Shown in pieces: positions 41,151-49,677 of a stretch of DNA of 62,154 nt; position 1 is the first letter of the stretch; each line of letters opens with the position of its first letter. The DNA comes from a virus. The notes under the pieces were generated by a model. That model was not told the DNA's origin, ran no database searches, and saw only the letters and a program-made list of their open reading frames with translations. Where the stretch lies: IMG/VR virus record IMGVR_UViG_2534681696_000002; one strand, 5' to 3'. The translations under genes were made by a program, and so were the position numbers.

Positions 41151-41179
41151 TTAAATTAACGTTGATATCACTATATTAC
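41151..41179 (+). promoter_or_regulatory. Weak member of the GATATC-spacer promoter family (TTAAAT-17-TATTAC)
   Basis: TTAAATtaacgttGATATCActaTATTAC. It would give a near-leaderless mRNA for ATG 41193. Confidence 0.3.
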
Positions 41180-41192
41180 AGAGGTGTTTTTA

Positions 41193-41612
41193 ATGAAAGA
41201 AAATGCAGAAAAATCAACTAAAAAGAGAGTGCAAAAGAAACCACAAGTTCACCCCGAATTTGTCGATATATCGCAGCAGCTTCGACGCCAACGAGAGGCG
41301 AAAGGTCTTACGCTAGTCGAAGCAAGCGAAAAAGTCGGGATCGGCTTCGTTTTCCTAAGTGAAATCGAACGAGCTTTAAAAGCGCCGTCTACCGCAGCTA
41401 TTAGTGGAATCGCGAGAGTATATGAGATGGACGAATGCGATATAGCGATCGCTTATCGCAAAATACCGAATTCGGTTCTTGAAACGCTAACAAGACGTAA
41501 GGATATTTTAAGAATGATCTACGACGTAACAAACTGTGAAGTATTGAACGATCAGCAGCGAGACGAACTTTTTAACGAGGTCGTATCTTTATACCGAAGA
41601 CATAGCAAGTAG
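41193..41612 (+). CDS. XRE-family HTH regulator (second repressor-like gene)
   Basis: ...REAKGLTLVEASEKVGIGFVFLSEIERALKAPS... ATG 41193 after AGAGG. Confidence 0.7.
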   Translation: MKENAEKSTKKRVQKKPQVHPEFVDISQQLRRQREAKGLTLVEASEKVGIGFVFLSEIERALKAPSTAAISGIARVYEMDECDIAIAYRKIPNSVLETLTRRKDILRMIYDVTNCEVLNDQQRDELFNEVVSLYRRHSK

Positions 41613-41737
41613 TTGCCGTAAGTTGTTGTGTATGCGTTTTTGTTACAACAAATATAGTAACACGCGAGATTTATCCAAAATAGAGAACATGCGTTCTTTT
41701 TTATGTGACAATATATAGAATAACAGAAAGCCGCGAA

Positions 41738-42709
41738 CTATGCTACGTTAAATAGCGAAGTTTCTACGGCTTTTTTGTTTTCGATAGCTTCCGTTAATTG
41801 CTGCGGTGTCATATCGTTTAGATCTTTGCAGCCTTCGGGAATATCGATCGTATACATTCGGATCATACCGAATTTGTTAAGAATTTGTGTCTTTAACTTT
41901 TCGCCCGCCTCGTCGTTATCCGACCCGATGATAAGCTCTTCTATCGGACTTCGTTCGATTACCGATACTTTTTCGTCAGTGATCGAAGACGTACCCATCG
42001 CAATACCTAAGATTCCTGTTACTTCATATGCATATTCCGCATCGATTTCCGCTTCGGTTGCGATTGCGATTTTATGATCGTCACGATATGCAAGATCGAT
42101 ACCGTAAACAAGTTCACGCATCGGAATGCCTCCGCCTGCATAGAAGAACATTTTCGAATCTGTACGTCGTTTTTTCAACGCAGCTAGACGACCGTTTGGC
42201 GTTACGTACGGAAATGTAACGACGTTATTCGCCTCGTCGTAACCATTGTTATAATATTTCTGCGTCTCGTATGAGATCCCGCGACCTAGTAAATAGTCGC
42301 TTGTGATCGCTAAATTATCTAGTAGTTTCATATCTAGCCCTCGCTCCTTCGTTTTCATCTTTAAACGAGACAGGTCGATCTCTAGTTTCGATTCGCCGTC
42401 CCAGTCTGACGCATATTCTGATAATAAATACTCGACGATCTCTTCTTCGCTGCAATTCTCTAAAAATGCGAGTAGCTGCGTAAAGTGTCCCTTTTGAAAA
42501 TCGCCGCCTCCACTATCGCCCCATGATCCCGCAAACGCCGTCGCAGTATCTTCGAAATAAACATAGAACGAAGGCGACGAGTCATAGCGGAAAGGAGAAC
42601 AAGCGATCAGCCTGTCCGTCCTCCACTTAGGGCGCGACCACGAATACTTTTGAATTTCCTTTTCGATATCTACGTCGATTTCTCGACCGTGTACCGCTAT
42701 GATCGCCAT
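41738..42709 (-). CDS. DnaG-type DNA primase (TOPRIM)
   Basis: ATEAEIDAEYAY (ExxD-type) and IIGSDNDEAGEKL (DxD) TOPRIM motifs, plus YLLGRGISYETQKYY. Confidence 0.7.
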   Translation of the reverse strand: MAIIAVHGREIDVDIEKEIQKYSWSRPKWRTDRLIACSPFRYDSSPSFYVYFEDTATAFAGSWGDSGGGDFQKGHFTQLLAFLENCSEEEIVEYLLSEYASDWDGESKLEIDLSRLKMKTKERGLDMKLLDNLAITSDYLLGRGISYETQKYYNNGYDEANNVVTFPYVTPNGRLAALKKRRTDSKMFFYAGGGIPMRELVYGIDLAYRDDHKIAIATEAEIDAEYAYEVTGILGIAMGTSSITDEKVSVIERSPIEELIIGSDNDEAGEKLKTQILNKFGMIRMYTIDIPEGCKDLNDMTPQQLTEAIENKKAVETSLFNVA

Positions 42710-42721
42710 GTGTGCTCCCTC

Positions 42722-44080
42722 CTACCAATCATCTTTTAATGCTTCTGCTGCGACTGATCCCGTAGGCATTTGCGAGATAATACCATACCCCGCTAGGTAT
42801 ATGAGATTAACGGAAACCCCCTCGCCGCCGTTTCTTCCCTTACCTAGTTTGATAATACCTTCGCCGTCTAACGTATCGATTCCGAATGTGTTCGTCGCAT
42901 CTTCGAGAACCTGCTTCGTCTTCTTGATCTCGTCACGCATTGGCGGTCGTAAGATCCGCTCGTCGCTATCTTTGTCGTTCTCGTCTTTCGTTTCTTCTGC
43001 TTGCGTAATTACCATAAGAACAACTTTCGTACGTCCTGCTAGTGCTCGCAGTTTCATCGATAGAGCTGCGAAGTTACCGCCGTTAACGCCTGATTCGTTC
43101 TTCGGTGTGTGCATATAGTAGAAAGGATCGACGAGCACAACGTCCGCATTACTGTTTATAATGTCTTTCTCTAATGCCTTATAAGTACGGTCTGTGAAAT
43201 TTTCGCAATCCACGCCGCGAATAACGATATTTCCCTTAATATGATCGTTGATATTCTTTAAGAACGTTTCGAAATGCGTCATATGCTCGTCGCTGATCGT
43301 TCCCATTAGTAAATCTTTTGTATTGAATCCTGCGCCATATTCAACGCCTTTGATCTTCGTTTTGAATAGCTTTTTCGTAGCAGCTACGATCGAATAAATT
43401 CTGACTAGTACTTCGTACTTTGACATTTCCAACGCCCATATTAAAACGTTAGCGCCTTCCATTCCCATATGTACGCATTCTGCTAGAGTAGTAGCCGATT
43501 TCCCTCGACCCGATCGTCCATAGAACGTATACATATTTCCCGTAAAGTAGCCGCCTATCGCTTCGTTTATGTCGTGGAATTTAGAAAGCCATATCTTAAA
43601 CGATTCGCCCTGCTGCCTACGTTTCAGCTCGTACAAGAAATCTTCCGTATCGACCTTTGCGTCTATACCGATTTTACCGCCGATCGAATTCGTATCGAGT
43701 ACGTTTCCGACTTGTTCTACGAGCCATTGTCCGTATTCGATCCCTTCGTTATCGGGCATTTCGCCGAACTTCTTCGACGCAGATCCCTGTAATAATTGCA
43801 GGTACATATATTTTGCGTTTGTGCCTTTTAGATCGTTTACGAGATATTCGTAGGTATCTCCGACATTCGGCTCGTAATTAAAATCGAGTACTTCCTCGAC
43901 TACTGTATCGAATGGCGGCGCTTGATTACGATTCTTTTCGGCATAGTCTTTTATGAATCGCAGCACGTCGCGTTCTTCCTTCGTTCTGAAATGATCGGAT
44001 CGAAGATTAAAGCGTATGATCGCCTGCGGATCGTTATTTTGTATGATCTTACTTAGTAGCTTTTCGCCCGTTCTCGACAT
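42722..44080 (-). CDS. dnaB: DnaB-family replicative helicase
   Basis: N-terminal DnaB-like helical domain, FYGRSGRGKSATT Walker A and VVLVDPFYYM Walker B region. Confidence 0.8.
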   Translation of the reverse strand: MSRTGEKLLSKIIQNNDPQAIIRFNLRSDHFRTKEERDVLRFIKDYAEKNRNQAPPFDTVVEEVLDFNYEPNVGDTYEYLVNDLKGTNAKYMYLQLLQGSASKKFGEMPDNEGIEYGQWLVEQVGNVLDTNSIGGKIGIDAKVDTEDFLYELKRRQQGESFKIWLSKFHDINEAIGGYFTGNMYTFYGRSGRGKSATTLAECVHMGMEGANVLIWALEMSKYEVLVRIYSIVAATKKLFKTKIKGVEYGAGFNTKDLLMGTISDEHMTHFETFLKNINDHIKGNIVIRGVDCENFTDRTYKALEKDIINSNADVVLVDPFYYMHTPKNESGVNGGNFAALSMKLRALAGRTKVVLMVITQAEETKDENDKDSDERILRPPMRDEIKKTKQVLEDATNTFGIDTLDGEGIIKLGKGRNGGEGVSVNLIYLAGYGIISQMPTGSVAAEALKDDW

Positions 44081-44081
44081 A

Positions 44082-44333
44082 TTATCGCCCTCCTAAAAAC
44101 TTACGCGCTCTATTCTTTAGCTCTAGATCACACTTGTATTGCGACTCTACGCCGCTAGCTCGTCCGATTTGTGACCAAAGTCTATCAGCGCAGATTAATC
44201 GACGTACATAATGTCTCGTATATCCCATCACTAGTAGATTGCTATAGTAACGATCCTTTTGTATGCGCTCAGAATGTGCGATCATATGACGCCCTGAGAT
44301 CGGTACGACCTTATAATGTTGTAATCGAATCAT
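44082..44333 (-). CDS. Hypothetical basic protein (83 aa)
   Basis: Track ORF between the loader and the helicase. Confidence 0.4.
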   Translation of the reverse strand: MIRLQHYKVVPISGRHMIAHSERIQKDRYYSNLLVMGYTRHYVRRLICADRLWSQIGRASGVESQYKCDLELKNRARKFLGGR

Positions 44334-45088
44334 TTTCGTTTACCTCGCTTACTCGTCCCCGTGAACGTTAATTCTCTAGTCATATCTCGAATACGATCGG
44401 GAAGTCTCGGATCTTTATATAATGTCGCTAGCTCTTTTAGCGGTACATTGCTTGTATAAACCGTTGGTAACTCTTCGACATTACGGTGATTTATTAATGC
44501 GTGTAGATCCATTCGAAACGGCTCGGTAATGTCTTCCCTGACGCCTATATCATCCATTACAAGAAACGGAACTTCTTTCGCGATCTTTGCCCTTCTGTAG
44601 AACTCTGCCGCCGCTTCTTCGGCAATATGACGCGGTACGTTTGGTCTTGTAAATTGCGTATAGAGCGTGTGCCATTCGTTCGCATCAAAGAAATACGCAG
44701 GCTGATGCAATGGACGCAGATTACGTTTTAACGATCCTACATAATGTCGCAGAATATATTCGTTTACGAGGGCGCAGGCGGTCGTTGTCTTGCCGTTTCC
44801 AGTATTCGGACTATAAAGGTATAGCCCCATGATTTGGCTGCTTCCTTCGAACTCTTCCCACTGTCTAACGAATGTTTTAATATATCGATCTAGTGCGCCG
44901 TAGATCTTCGGCTCGCTTTCGCGTACTTTCGTATCTGTAATTAATTCATTTCGATACTGCTTCGGTACATTTGCTGCGTGTACTCGTCCGCCTTTTCCGC
45001 TATATCCGTGTAACGCAATTACATGCGGCAGGATCTCAGCTTGCGTTAATCCGTCATGTAGCGCATTTCGTAGAATCCCTTTATCCAT
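44330..45088 (-). CDS. DnaC/DnaI/IstB-like AAA+ helicase loader
   Basis: LYSPNTGNGKTTTACAL Walker A and FLVMDDIGVRE Walker B. Start ATG 45088, 9 nt after GGGAGG. Confidence 0.7.
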   Translation of the reverse strand: MDKGILRNALHDGLTQAEILPHVIALHGYSGKGGRVHAANVPKQYRNELITDTKVRESEPKIYGALDRYIKTFVRQWEEFEGSSQIMGLYLYSPNTGNGKTTTACALVNEYILRHYVGSLKRNLRPLHQPAYFFDANEWHTLYTQFTRPNVPRHIAEEAAAEFYRRAKIAKEVPFLVMDDIGVREDITEPFRMDLHALINHRNVEELPTVYTSNVPLKELATLYKDPRLPDRIRDMTRELTFTGTSKRGKRK

Positions 45089-45308
45089 GCTCGACAACCT
45101 CCCGTAATGCGTGTAGCGAATCTAGTACGTCGCTAACTTTCGATAGTTCGCGAGAATTATCGAGCCACTTTTCACGGCAGCGATCAGACGTTAATCCCGC
45201 CGTAGCCCGCATTCTGTTTTTATTCTTATCGCGCTCTTCGATTAACTTCGCTTGTAATCTCTCGAATTTATCGATTGCGACTTCTGCTTCTACTTGCAAC
45301 ATTCTCAT
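45081..45308 (-). CDS. Hypothetical coiled-coil protein (75 aa)
   Basis: Track ORF. Confidence 0.4.
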   Translation of the reverse strand: MRMLQVEAEVAIDKFERLQAKLIEERDKNKNRMRATAGLTSDRCREKWLDNSRELSKVSDVLDSLHALREVVEHG

Positions 45309-45320
45309 ATGATCGCCTCC

Positions 45321-45701
45321 TTAAAACGTCAGATCGTCGAGATTAGCCTCTGACGCCGTTTTAATCTCTTCATTACGTTTTATACCTTCTTGCACTTTCG
45401 GCATCACCTGAGCGATCATATACGTTCTCATAAACATAAACGAGCAGACTTTATACTTCGGTGACGGCGTATACTCTTTTAGACACTCTTCGATAAACAA
45501 CTTCGTTTCTAGTTTTCCGTGTTTTTCGTACATTTGCTTAATCATTGCGTTATCGATCTTTACGCCACGGCTAGCGAAGTAGTCGATTCCCCGTACCTCG
45601 CGATGCTTGTCGCATAAATAGTTAAAAAACGTAACTGCATTCCAATCGTTTATATCTCGCTCTTGCCAGTTCTTCGCAGGCGGTAATTTTTTACGTGCCA
45701 T
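45321..45701 (-). CDS. Hypothetical replication-module protein (126 aa)
   Basis: Start ATG 45701 (MARKKL) after AAGGGAG. The track start is the ATG inside the box. Confidence 0.45.
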   Translation of the reverse strand: MARKKLPPAKNWQERDINDWNAVTFFNYLCDKHREVRGIDYFASRGVKIDNAMIKQMYEKHGKLETKLFIEECLKEYTPSPKYKVCSFMFMRTYMIAQVMPKVQEGIKRNEEIKTASEANLDDLTF

Positions 45702-45711
45702 GCTATCAGCT

Positions 45712-45731
45712 CCCTTCGCGTACATAAACGC
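45712..45731 (-). promoter_or_regulatory. Intergenic 20-bp box, copy g (GCGTTTATGTACGCGAAGGG)
   Basis: Ends 10 nt before ATG 45701. Confidence 0.65.
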
Positions 45732-45761
45732 AGCTACTTCTATCGTTTCGGTTATATTAAT

Positions 45762-45866
45762 ACTGCGTATCTTTTTATTACGCAGATATATTTATATATA
45801 GCTATCGTTTAATACTAGGTCTTGTTAGTGTGACGCCTAGCCATGTTACACGAACGTCACACGGGA
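45762..45866. repeat. Inverted repeat, right copy (partner 14007..14120)
   Basis: The reverse complement reads ccgtgtgacgttcgtgtaacatggctaggcgtcacactaac...aaacgatagctatatataaatatatctg...gatacgcag. Also contains the hairpin CTGCGTA-N9-TACGCAG. Confidence 0.85.
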
Positions 45867-45871
45867 AATCG

Positions 45872-46216
45872 CTATTCGGTGAATATGCGGAAAGCATTCG
45901 AAGGATCTACCGTGTATACGATATTTGTAAATTGATTATCCTTTGTGCGTACTCGTTCGACTGTTACAATCGGCTCACCCTTCCAACGAAAATCTAGTAG
46001 CCTTTTCATGCGGCGACTAACTGTTTCCCTACGAATCCCTAAATTTCGAGCTAGTTGATCCTGCGAAGGATAGCAGCGCCCGTTACGATCCATATACGTA
46101 GCTAGTGCGCAATACGTATGCCACAACTCAGCGCCCATTGCTGCCATTAACCCATTACGAGCGCCTACGAAAAATTTGACGAATACTTCGCCGTTTTGTA
46201 CTTCATCGTTGCGCAA
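45872..46216 (-). CDS. Winged-helix DNA-binding protein (candidate replisome organiser/initiator)
   Basis: ...CYPSQDQLARNLGIRRETVSRRMKRLLDF... First gene of the replication operon. TTG start after AGGAGG. Confidence 0.45.
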   Translation of the reverse strand: MRNDEVQNGEVFVKFFVGARNGLMAAMGAELWHTYCALATYMDRNGRCYPSQDQLARNLGIRRETVSRRMKRLLDFRWKGEPIVTVERVRTKDNQFTNIVYTVDPSNAFRIFTE

Positions 46217-46236
46217 TCTTATCGCCTCCTAAACTC

Positions 46237-46256
46237 TCGACTACGTACATAAACGC
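46237..46256 (-). promoter_or_regulatory. Intergenic 20-bp box, copy f (GCGTTTATGTACGTAGTCGA)
   Basis: 20 nt before TTG 46216. Confidence 0.65.
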
Positions 46257-46548
46257 AAGGAAACGCAAAAAAGGACGAGATCACTTGACCCCGCCCGTGT
46301 AACGATATTCTATTCGCTTAACTTTCTCGCCTCGTAAAAAGTACTGTATGTAGGCGTCCGTTTTTAGATCCGCATCTTCTACCGAATCCGCTATCGTTAT
46401 GAAACTACCATCTATGTATATTTCGAACACTATTCGATACTCCTGTAAGAGCGCTCTAGTACGGCGTGTTCGTGTTTAAACTTCTTATAATAGTAATACG
46501 CCCCCGCTGCGACTGTCGTCACTAGAAATGCATACGCGTACGCTTTAA

Positions 46549-46722
46549 TCATGGCGTCACGACCTTTACGTGTAAATTTTCTTCGAGCATCTTATAAAAC
46601 GCCCTTTCGTCTACCTGTATGTATTGATATCCTTTATCGGTCTTCACTTCGATGCGTATCTCATTCTCGAAGCCCGTTCCCGTAACATTGACGTAGCCAC
46701 CGAATAAATCGTTTTTAATCAT
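46549..46722 (-). CDS. Hypothetical protein (57 aa)
   Basis: ATG 46722 (MIKNDLFGG), ATGA-coupled to the upstream small ORF. Confidence 0.4.
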   Translation of the reverse strand: MIKNDLFGGYVNVTGTGFENEIRIEVKTDKGYQYIQVDERAFYKMLEENLHVKVVTP

Positions 46723-46859
46723 TCCGTCCACCCTCTCTTTCTCGACTCGCGTTTATTTAACCATTTCGTAAGCGGTACAAGTATCGCAAATAAAATTATC
46801 GTACCCAGTCCCGAACCGATCAGCGTACTTATTACATAGTCAATTTGTTCTTTCGTCAT
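46719..46859 (-). CDS. Small membrane protein (46 aa)
   Basis: MTKEQIDYVISTLIGSGLGTIILFAILVPLTKWLNKRESRKRGWTE. Absent from the track. Confidence 0.4.
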   Translation of the reverse strand: MTKEQIDYVISTLIGSGLGTIILFAILVPLTKWLNKRESRKRGWTE

Positions 46860-46880
46860 AACCTAGCGCCTCCATTCGAT

Positions 46881-46900
46881 GCCTTTACGTACATAAACGC
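46881..46900 (-). promoter_or_regulatory. Intergenic 20-bp box, copy e (GCGTTTATGTACGTAAAGGC)
   Basis: 21 nt before ATG 46859. Confidence 0.65.
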
Positions 46901-46974
46901 TTGTCGTATTATGTTTCGGTCAATAAAAAAGACGACACCTTTACGGTATCGACTTTCGTTAATTTTATATTAAA

Positions 46975-47235
46975 TTAGAGATCGAAATCCTTTATCGAGT
47001 CATTGCTTTTCGGCGCTACTTGCGGTGGTTGCTCGCTAGGTTGTGCGAATAATCCCGTTTGCATATTTGCAATCATCTTTTCAATTGCCGCCTGTTTTGC
47101 GTTCTCGATTCTAACATAAATCTTCATTGCTTCTATTATATGGTACTGCGTTGGCTTACCTTCGAGAAAATCATTAATCATCTTTTCGTCGGGTTTTGAC
47201 GAGTCCGCCTTGAAAGAATGCTGTTTGATAGCCAT
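46975..47235 (-). CDS. ParR/AlfB-like small DNA-binding adaptor (candidate ribbon-helix-helix)
   Basis: 86 aa directly downstream of the actin-like ATPase. N-terminal beta-strand-like KQHSFKAD followed by helices. Confidence 0.45.
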   Translation of the reverse strand: MAIKQHSFKADSSKPDEKMINDFLEGKPTQYHIIEAMKIYVRIENAKQAAIEKMIANMQTGLFAQPSEQPPQVAPKSNDSIKDFDL

Positions 47236-47251
47236 TTGTAAACCCCCTTCG

Positions 47252-48283
47252 TTAAACCGCTGCTTTCACGTCTTGAACCATCGCATATTTTGCGTAGCCT
47301 TTAGCGTTTGCCGTTTGTGCGCCTTGTTCTGCTTTCGTGTTAACGCCTGTTAAGTATGGTTTAATGTATTCGTGTAATGCTAGTAAGCTGCCGCCCGTGA
47401 ATAATACTACATCATAGTCTTTTAATACGTAGCCTAAATTATCTACACGCTGCATTACAGTACGTGCCGTATATTCTAGTGCTTGCTCCATAATATCTTT
47501 AATTTCGTACTCTTTACCGCCCGTTTCGATTATTACTTTCGATAAGACTTCCTTGTCAGTAAATTCGTCTTTAATGTATTCACGTTTAGCGCTTCGTAAT
47601 AAGCTATCCATATGCAAGAATGATACGATACCTCTAGCGCCTTGTTTCGTAAGCTCGTCTTTAATGATGCGGTTTGCTTCCATCATTCCGACTTGTACGC
47701 CGTCGTAACGTATTGTACGTAATCCTTTCGCTTCACATACGTCAGTCGTACCGAACCCGATATCGATTACTAATTTACGCGCATCTTTTTCCCATTCCAT
47801 ACCTTTACGGATCTTTAGATTGTAATCATAGATGCGATTCACTACCGATCCGATCGGCTGCATAGGCGTATAAACGCGAACTACTTCAAATGTCTTTTCT
47901 ATATCGTTAATTTTAACCGTATGTTTCCCGATCAAATTGCGTTTTACCTTTTCGTGATTCTCTTCGTTTTTATAATCTTCACTAGGAAGTCCCGTGCCGA
48001 TAACCACTTCGCCGCCGTCCTTAACTAGCTGCGCTACTGCTAGGATCGTTTCTGTACGATATCCTGCGCTAGAATAGCGATCATCATTTCTTGCGCTGCT
48101 GCTTGCGCTCTCTTCTTCACCGATAACGTATCGTACGCCTTCGTATGTATAAACCGTTAGCCCCGTTGTATCTTCGAACGATTCCACTCTTCGTGATGTG
48201 TTCAAATAACATAAATCTTCGCTTACTGATGCAACTTTTACGAACGAATTCGCAGCCTCTACGCCGATATAATCTACCGCCAT
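47252..48283 (-). CDS. parM: Actin-like segregation ATPase (ParM/Alp family)
   Basis: Phosphate-2 VIDIGFGTTDV, adenosine motif VVLFTGGSLLAL, phosphate-1-like YIGVEAANSFVKV. Start ATG 48283 after GGGGG. Confidence 0.75.
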   Translation of the reverse strand: MAVDYIGVEAANSFVKVASVSEDLCYLNTSRRVESFEDTTGLTVYTYEGVRYVIGEEESASSSARNDDRYSSAGYRTETILAVAQLVKDGGEVVIGTGLPSEDYKNEENHEKVKRNLIGKHTVKINDIEKTFEVVRVYTPMQPIGSVVNRIYDYNLKIRKGMEWEKDARKLVIDIGFGTTDVCEAKGLRTIRYDGVQVGMMEANRIIKDELTKQGARGIVSFLHMDSLLRSAKREYIKDEFTDKEVLSKVIIETGGKEYEIKDIMEQALEYTARTVMQRVDNLGYVLKDYDVVLFTGGSLLALHEYIKPYLTGVNTKAEQGAQTANAKGYAKYAMVQDVKAAV

Positions 48284-48301
48284 GTGTATAACCCCCACCA
48301 A

Positions 48302-48444
48302 ATTAATATATTTAACTATCGTTAACTACATTATACTACAGCCGATATCGTAGCGCAATATAGTTAACGATAGTATTTCGTATAATTTTCGTTAATCAAC
48401 TACACATTATCGATAAAAGTGTAGCGAAATGTATAGAATTATAG
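48302..48444. repeat. Repeat-rich intergenic region upstream of parM (candidate centromere plus promoter)
   Basis: Inverted repeat aactatcgttaact (48314..48327) / agttaacgatagt (48362..48374). gtagcg(c/a)aa occurs twice. Minus-strand TTGATT-18-TACTAT overlaps the repeat. Confidence 0.5.
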
Positions 48445-49470
48445 TTAATACGGTAGATCGTCGTTATTAAAGTCGTTTGAAACTGTATGTACGCCCGCAT
48501 AAACGTTAGGCATTACGAAAATAGGTCGCTCAATCTTCGCGTTTTTTAATATACTTGCAAATTCGTTGTTAAATAGATCTAGTTCTTCGTTAGGATCAAC
48601 GGTAGGCGCTTCGATCATCGTTAAGCGATCCTTAAACATTTCTAACGCAGTAGTATAAATATAGCCGCCTAGTGTTGTATGTATATCGCCGTTACGATGT
48701 TTAATTACGCAATCTCTAATACGTGTACTTAGTTCCGTAGCAAATAAGTCGTCTTGCGTGCATAGCTCTTGTAGTGTCCACTCTGTTTTTTGAGATAGTC
48801 CGCTTTTCTTGAACGCTAGCACAATGTCTTTTGTTAGTTTGTTACCTAAATCATTTTCTAATCCTGCGTATGCAGTTCGTAAGCATTGCGGTGTATCTGC
48901 GAATAACTGCGTTTCAACTAGATCTATATCTTTAACTAGATTAGTATTATTATTCTTTTCGAAGTCTTTTAATGTTTTATTATTTAATGTTTTAATAAGG
49001 GTTTTAACTGGGGTTTTAGAAAGAGTTTCACTTTCGATTTTCGGCTGCTCGTCCTTACTCTCGCAAGGGATTTCGTCACATGGTCGCTCTGCAACTGACT
49101 CTGCAACTGACTCTGCAATAGTATTTGAAACTACGTAAACATTTGCGCCTAATCCGCCTGATTTCTTGCGGCGAGTCTCGACTTTATGTAAGATTCCTAG
49201 ATCTTCTAATTTCTTAGTTGCGTAGTTAATTGTACGAAGTGATTTGCCGACTGCATCTGCGATAGTTTGTACGAGTAATTTCGCTACGCCTACGACCTTT
49301 ACCGCATGTTGTGCGATGAAGTCTAGTACTTCCATTTGCGTATAACTTAACTCTTCTGCGTGGTAACTTTTAGCAATTGCGATCGTCTCGTCCATTACTT
49401 CGATAGAATCAAACTGCGATAGATTAGCGTATTCGCTCATGTAGTGTTTGTTTGTAGTTGCGTTTGTCAT
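48445..49470 (-). CDS. Winged-helix protein, plasmid Rep-like initiator candidate
   Basis: N-terminal wHTH ...QTIADAVGKSLRTINYATKKLEDLGILHK... Contains an AESVAESVAE tandem duplication. Heads the partition operon. Confidence 0.4.
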   Translation of the reverse strand: MTNATTNKHYMSEYANLSQFDSIEVMDETIAIAKSYHAEELSYTQMEVLDFIAQHAVKVVGVAKLLVQTIADAVGKSLRTINYATKKLEDLGILHKVETRRKKSGGLGANVYVVSNTIAESVAESVAERPCDEIPCESKDEQPKIESETLSKTPVKTLIKTLNNKTLKDFEKNNNTNLVKDIDLVETQLFADTPQCLRTAYAGLENDLGNKLTKDIVLAFKKSGLSQKTEWTLQELCTQDDLFATELSTRIRDCVIKHRNGDIHTTLGGYIYTTALEMFKDRLTMIEAPTVDPNEELDLFNNEFASILKNAKIERPIFVMPNVYAGVHTVSNDFNNDDLPY

Positions 49471-49677
49471 AATAAATATTCTCCTTATATAACAACGCCT
49501 CTTTACCTACGGGGATGTATGTAGTATAATCGTGGTAGGTTTCGTTCTGCCGCTACCAACGGCATTACGAATTGTAAGAGTACGCTATTACTCTTCGTTT
49601 ATTTTAATTTGATATTTAGGCTTTATCTTTACCGCTAGCGACTGCAATCGTTGGCGGTTTTTTCTTTGCCTAAAACT

